The notes beneath the pieces were generated by a model. That model saw nothing but the letters and a program-made list of their open reading frames with translations. It did not search any database and was not told where the DNA came from. 64,000 nucleotides of DNA from a virus (Duplodnaviria > Heunggongvirae > Uroviricota > Caudoviricetes): IMG/VR virus record IMGVR_UViG_3300020714_000006, one strand, 5' to 3'. This document shows, piece by piece, positions 59,953 through 64,000 of the stretch. Position numbers and translations under genes: made by a program. Positions within the stretch are counted from its first letter, which is position 1; each line of letters begins with the position of its first letter.

Positions 59953-61038
59953 ATGTTAGATGCATTAAACAAGTTATTTGAAAACAATGTGATATCTGGT
60001 GAGATTAAAGAGTCAATTGAACAAGCTTGGGATCGTAAAATAAACGAAAACCGTGAACAAGTAAGTCAACAATTACGTGAAGAATTTGCACAAAAATACG
60101 AACACGATAAATCGACAATGGTTGAAGCAGTAGATCGCATGATTTCTGACCAACTAAAAAGTGAAATCGGTGAGTTTGCAGATGATCGTAAGCAATTAGC
60201 AGAAATGAAAGTTAAATATGCTAGAAAAATTTCAGAAAGTGCTGGTGTTATGAAACAATTCGTAACTCGTCAGTTGGCTTCTGAAGTTAAAGAATTGCAC
60301 GAAGATCAAATACAAATGGCTAGTAAATTTGGCACATTAGAAAATTTCGTAGTTGAAGCTCTAGCTCAAGAAATTACAGAGTTTTACAAAGATAAACAAG
60401 AATTAGCCGAAACGAAAGTTAAAGTACTTCGTGAAGGTCGTAAAGAAATACAAAAAGTAAAAGAACAATTTGTTCAACGTGCGGCAACAATGGTTGAAAG
60501 TGTTGTAAATAAAGGATTACGTTCTGAAATTACATCATTAAAAGAAGACATTGAAGCAGCTCGTAGACAAGAGTTTGGTCGTAAGTTATTCGAAGCATTT
60601 GCAGCTGAATATCAGACTAGTTACTTGAGTGAAAAATCGGAAACTGCTAAATTACTCAAAGTCATAGACATGAAAGATCAAGCAATGCAAGAAGCGGCCC
60701 ACGCGGTTGTGAAAGCGGAAAAGATTTTAGAAAGTAAACAAGCAGAAATCCGTGCGTTGAAAGAAGCACAAGAAAGAAAAGAAATTATGAGCGAACTTTT
60801 ATCTCCATTAAATGGCGAGCAACGTTCAATTATGAATGAATTAATGGAGAGTGTAAAAACCTCAAAACTTAATGAAAGTTTCGAAAAGTATTTACCTGCT
60901 GTTGTAGCTGGAAAAGCTCCACAGAAAAGACAGGCACTAGTAGAGGCTAAAGAAATAACTGGAAATAAAATTTCCAAAACCAATCGTAGCAGCGACGACT
61001 CTAATATCATTGATATGCGTAGACTCGCTGGGCTTTAA
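59953..61038 (+). CDS. gp22: prohead scaffold gp22-like
   Basis: Coiled-coil E/K-rich; between protease and capsid genes; AGGAG SD. Confidence 0.8.
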   Translation: MLDALNKLFENNVISGEIKESIEQAWDRKINENREQVSQQLREEFAQKYEHDKSTMVEAVDRMISDQLKSEIGEFADDRKQLAEMKVKYARKISESAGVMKQFVTRQLASEVKELHEDQIQMASKFGTLENFVVEALAQEITEFYKDKQELAETKVKVLREGRKEIQKVKEQFVQRAATMVESVVNKGLRSEITSLKEDIEAARRQEFGRKLFEAFAAEYQTSYLSEKSETAKLLKVIDMKDQAMQEAAHAVVKAEKILESKQAEIRALKEAQERKEIMSELLSPLNGEQRSIMNELMESVKTSKLNESFEKYLPAVVAGKAPQKRQALVEAKEITGNKISKTNRSSDDSNIIDMRRLAGL

Positions 61039-61055
61039 ATTTAAGGAGAAATTAA

Positions 61056-62222
61056 ATGTCAGAACTACTTAATGGCCGTTGGGCGGAAACGAAAGAAGCC
61101 CTATTAGAAGGTCTACAAGGAACAAAAAAATCAGTAATGGGTGTAACTTTAGAAAACACTCGTAAATATTTAACAGAAAGCGCAACTGCTGGTGCTACAT
61201 CAGCTGGTAACGTTGCTACTTTAAACCGTGTTATTTTACCAGTTATTCGTCGTGTAATGCCTACAGTTATTGCTAACGAATTAGTTGGTGTACAACCAAT
61301 GACAGGTCCTGTTGGCCAAATTCACACTTTACGTGTTCGTTATGCTGATAGTGCAACTGGTGTTACTGCTGGTGAAGAAGCGTTAAGCCCATTTAAAATT
61401 GCAGAAGCTTATTCAGGTAATGATACATCACCTGCTGGAGCAACTTCAACTGCTAGCTTAGAAGGACAAGCTGGTAAAAGAATGAGCATCCAAATCTTGA
61501 AACAAACTGTTGAAGCGAAAACTCGTAAATTGAGTGCTCGTTGGACTTTTGAATCAGCACAAGATGCACAATCACAACAAGGTATTGATGTTGAAGCAGA
61601 AATTATGGCTGCTCTAGCTCAAGAAATTACTGCTGAAATTGACCAAGAAATCATCGGGTCTTTAATTTCATTAGCTGGTACACCAACACAAACTTATGAC
61701 CAAGCAAATGTATCTGGTACAGCTACATTCGTAGGTGATGAACATGCTGCTTTAGCTATCCAAATCAACCGTGTGAGCAACTTGATTGCACAACGTACAC
61801 GTCGTGGTGCTGGTAACTATGCTGTTGTATCTCCATTTGCATTAACAATTTTACAATCTGCTACTACTTCAGCTTTTGCTCGTACTACAGAAGGTACTTT
61901 TGAAGCTCCTACAAATACTAAATTTGTTGGTACTTTAAACAATGCATTAAAAGTATATGTAAACAGCTACGCTAACGACGCAACTTCAATCTTGGTTGGC
62001 TATAAAGGTGCTTCTGAATCAGACGCTCCAGCGTTTTACTGCCCATACATTCCATTGATGTCAAGTGGTGTTGTTTTAGATCCATCAACATTCGAACCAG
62101 TTGTAAGCTTTATGACAAGATATGGCTACGTGGAGCTTAGTAATACTGCATCATCTTTAGGTAATGCTGCGGATTACTTAGGTTTAGTTCAAATTAATAG
62201 TGCAAACGTTAAATTTAGCTAA
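61056..62222 (+). CDS. gp23: major capsid protein gp23-like
   Basis: VGVQPMTGPVGQI, VEAKTRKLSARWT, EITAEIDQEI, FYCPYIPL, FMTRYG. Confidence 0.95.
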   Translation: MSELLNGRWAETKEALLEGLQGTKKSVMGVTLENTRKYLTESATAGATSAGNVATLNRVILPVIRRVMPTVIANELVGVQPMTGPVGQIHTLRVRYADSATGVTAGEEALSPFKIAEAYSGNDTSPAGATSTASLEGQAGKRMSIQILKQTVEAKTRKLSARWTFESAQDAQSQQGIDVEAEIMAALAQEITAEIDQEIIGSLISLAGTPTQTYDQANVSGTATFVGDEHAALAIQINRVSNLIAQRTRRGAGNYAVVSPFALTILQSATTSAFARTTEGTFEAPTNTKFVGTLNNALKVYVNSYANDATSILVGYKGASESDAPAFYCPYIPLMSSGVVLDPSTFEPVVSFMTRYGYVELSNTASSLGNAADYLGLVQINSANVKFS

Positions 62223-62252
62223 TACTTAGTTATTTGTAATATATCAATTAAA

Positions 62253-62277
62253 AACCACCTTCGGGTGGTTTTTTTGT
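62253..62277 (+). terminator. intrinsic terminator, copy 1 of a 25-bp direct repeat
   Basis: AACCACC-TTCG-GGTGGTT followed by a T run. Confidence 0.9.
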
Positions 62278-62319
62278 GATATAATATTCTATATTGAACT
62301 AAGAAACATAAATAGATAT

Positions 62320-63078
62320 ATGAATAAATATAAAAAATGGTATAGCATACTAACAGAAAATGCAAAAAATAGATTATTATCAGAATATAGTGAAAACCAT
62401 CATATCATTCCAAAAAGTTTAGGTGGGTTAGATACCGATGATAATATAGTAAAACTAACGGCAAGAGAACATTTTATATGTCATTGGTTATTAGTTAAAA
62501 TATATTCAACTGGTGAAGAACATTGGAAAATGCTTAATGCATTGCGAATAATGCGTGCTGAAAATACTAAACAATACAGGTATACAACCGCAATCACATC
62601 AAGAGTGTATGCTAAATTAAAAGAAGAATATGCGATACTTCAAAGTAATAAGGTATCTGGTAAAAATAATCCTATGTATGGTGCCAAATTTACTAGAAGT
62701 GAAGATGGTAAGCGTAAACAACGTGAGGCTATATTAGGTGATAAAAATGGCTCTAAAAATTTAGAAGCTAGACAAAAGATAAGCCAAAGCAAACTTGGAA
62801 GAAAACGTGAACCATTTAGTGAAGAATGGAAAGAAAAATTATCGATTGCTAAACAGGGTAGTAATAATAATATGTTTGGTAAAACTCATAGTGAAGAAAC
62901 CAAGAAAAAAATGAGGGATAAAGCAACTGGTAGAAAGTTTAGTGCAGAAGTTATAGAAAAAAGAGCATCTGCACAACGTGGGTTAGTTAGACCAAAAAAG
63001 TTATGCCCACATTGTCAACAGCAAATACCAGTAAATACTTATCCACGATGGCACGGAGATAATTGTAAAAGTAAGTAG
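62320..63078 (+). CDS. HNH homing endonuclease with NUMOD3 repeats
   Basis: ENHHIIPKSLGG...NIVKLTAREHFICHWLL; GKTHSEETKKKM; C-terminal CPHC...RWHGDNC. Confidence 0.85.
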   Translation: MNKYKKWYSILTENAKNRLLSEYSENHHIIPKSLGGLDTDDNIVKLTAREHFICHWLLVKIYSTGEEHWKMLNALRIMRAENTKQYRYTTAITSRVYAKLKEEYAILQSNKVSGKNNPMYGAKFTRSEDGKRKQREAILGDKNGSKNLEARQKISQSKLGRKREPFSEEWKEKLSIAKQGSNNNMFGKTHSEETKKKMRDKATGRKFSAEVIEKRASAQRGLVRPKKLCPHCQQQIPVNTYPRWHGDNCKSK

Positions 63079-63082
63079 AAAT

Positions 63083-63107
63083 AACCACCTTCGGGTGGTT
63101 TTTTTGT
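63083..63107 (+). terminator. intrinsic terminator, copy 2 of a 25-bp direct repeat
   Basis: Identical to 62253-62277. Confidence 0.9.
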
Positions 63108-63119
63108 ATAAATACATTC

Positions 63120-63668
63120 ATGAATACAGATTTTATTAGTGCCAATACTGTTCAACAAGTTAGTGATAATTTTTACTATACAATCCCATGGAATGATGTA
63201 ACATCCTCAACATCTAACGATGCATATGCAGTCTCATCTGACACATTATATACCATACCTGGCTTATGGATGGAACGATTTAGGTCTAAAACCAATCAAA
63301 TATGGATGACAGACTATCAAATACCATTATTATCTGAAACAATTGTTGGTATAGAATTACGAGTAAATATAAAAAGATCTGCTAGAATTCAAGATTTAAC
63401 AATTCAATTAACATTAAACGGTAATTTAATTGGATTGAATTATGGGGTTGATATGACAACACAATATGCATACCAACATAATTTACCTGTTATTGGAGAT
63501 TATAATGTATACGGTGGTCCAACTGATATGTGGGGGACTACACTAACTACAACTGATATAACAGACCCTACATTTGGTGCAGTTGTTGCATTTCAAAGTA
63601 ATGAAACATTGCCACATCGTGATTTAGCATATATTAATCAATTAGCATTACGTATCCACTTTGGATAA
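63120..63668 (+). CDS. late hypothetical (probably structural) protein
   Basis: ATG 5 nt after TATAAATA (63107-63114). Confidence 0.7.
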   Translation: MNTDFISANTVQQVSDNFYYTIPWNDVTSSTSNDAYAVSSDTLYTIPGLWMERFRSKTNQIWMTDYQIPLLSETIVGIELRVNIKRSARIQDLTIQLTLNGNLIGLNYGVDMTTQYAYQHNLPVIGDYNVYGGPTDMWGTTLTTTDITDPTFGAVVAFQSNETLPHRDLAYINQLALRIHFG

Positions 63669-63675
63669 ATACATT

Positions 63676-63745
63676 GTCATAGAAGAGCCACTTCAATGTG
63701 GACTTATGTTGTACCATACAACGTATGACCTAAAACGTCAAGGAG
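63676..63745 (+). promoter_or_regulatory. candidate structured 5' leader (three-way junction)
   Basis: GTCATA/TATGAC encloses CCAC/GTGG and TGTTGTA/TACAACG hairpins; follows GATAAATA. Confidence 0.55.
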
Positions 63746-63754
63746 ACAAATAAA

Positions 63755-64000
63755 ATGGGAAGACCTTTAAATAAAAAATATTTTGGTAACCGTAATATCG
63801 GTACCTCAGCTACTACTACTGATGATAATATCGGTGGTGAAGGAGTTCTAAGCGCAGCAGTTAGTGGACCAGCTGGTGGGTATACTACCAGACCAACTAT
63901 AACTTTTACAGCACCATCTATTCCAAATGGTATAACTGCTACTGCAACAATTTTATCAAAAGCAAAGTCAGCAACTATTGGTGGTTCACAAACACGAGCA
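63755..64000 (+). CDS. late structural protein, truncated by the window end
   Basis: AAGGAG SD; MGRPLNKKYFGNRNIG... is open to the window edge. Confidence 0.7.
   Translation, partial: MGRPLNKKYFGNRNIGTSATTTDDNIGGEGVLSAAVSGPAGGYTTRPTITFTAPSIPNGITATATILSKAKSATIGGSQTRA

Noticed and set aside
1-64000. Alternative genetic code (stop-codon reassignment)
   Set aside because: Code 11 gives dense, full-length genes, and TAA, TAG and TGA all end recognisable proteins.

Overview
A 64-kb, AT-rich segment of a large T4-like (myovirus) phage genome in the standard genetic code. It has four blocks. (i) 1-13 kb: + strand early genes under near-perfect sigma70 promoters (RNase H/5'-3' exonuclease, MoxR-type AAA+ ATPase with its VWA/metallopeptidase partner, ThyX, hypotheticals). 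(ii) 13-44.7 kb: a - strand tail-fibre/baseplate block including a 4859-aa giant wedge-like protein and gp6/gp25/gp5/gp53-like genes. (iii) 44.8-50 kb: late sigma gp55, gp47/gp46 and a resolvase-like nuclease. (iv) 52-64 kb: tape measure, portal with an HNH intein, prohead protease, scaffold and major capsid protein. Six free-standing homing-endonuclease-like genes plus one intein are present. Best candidates for novelty: (1) Three antisense endonuclease genes with three different nuclease heads (GIY-YIG, PD-(D/E)XK-like, HNH) share one ~80-95 nt upstream module. It consists of a late promoter, a conserved stem-loop at the predicted +1 and an RBS/AUG-masking helix, and it ends at the TTGACA of a perfect outward-facing sigma70 promoter. 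(2) An ORF-free ~370-nt region at 50.0-50.4 kb folds by eye into an ornate, probably pseudoknotted RNA. (3) A three-way-junction leader sits at 63.7 kb. All annotations come from motif recognition by eye; no database searches or folding programs were run.
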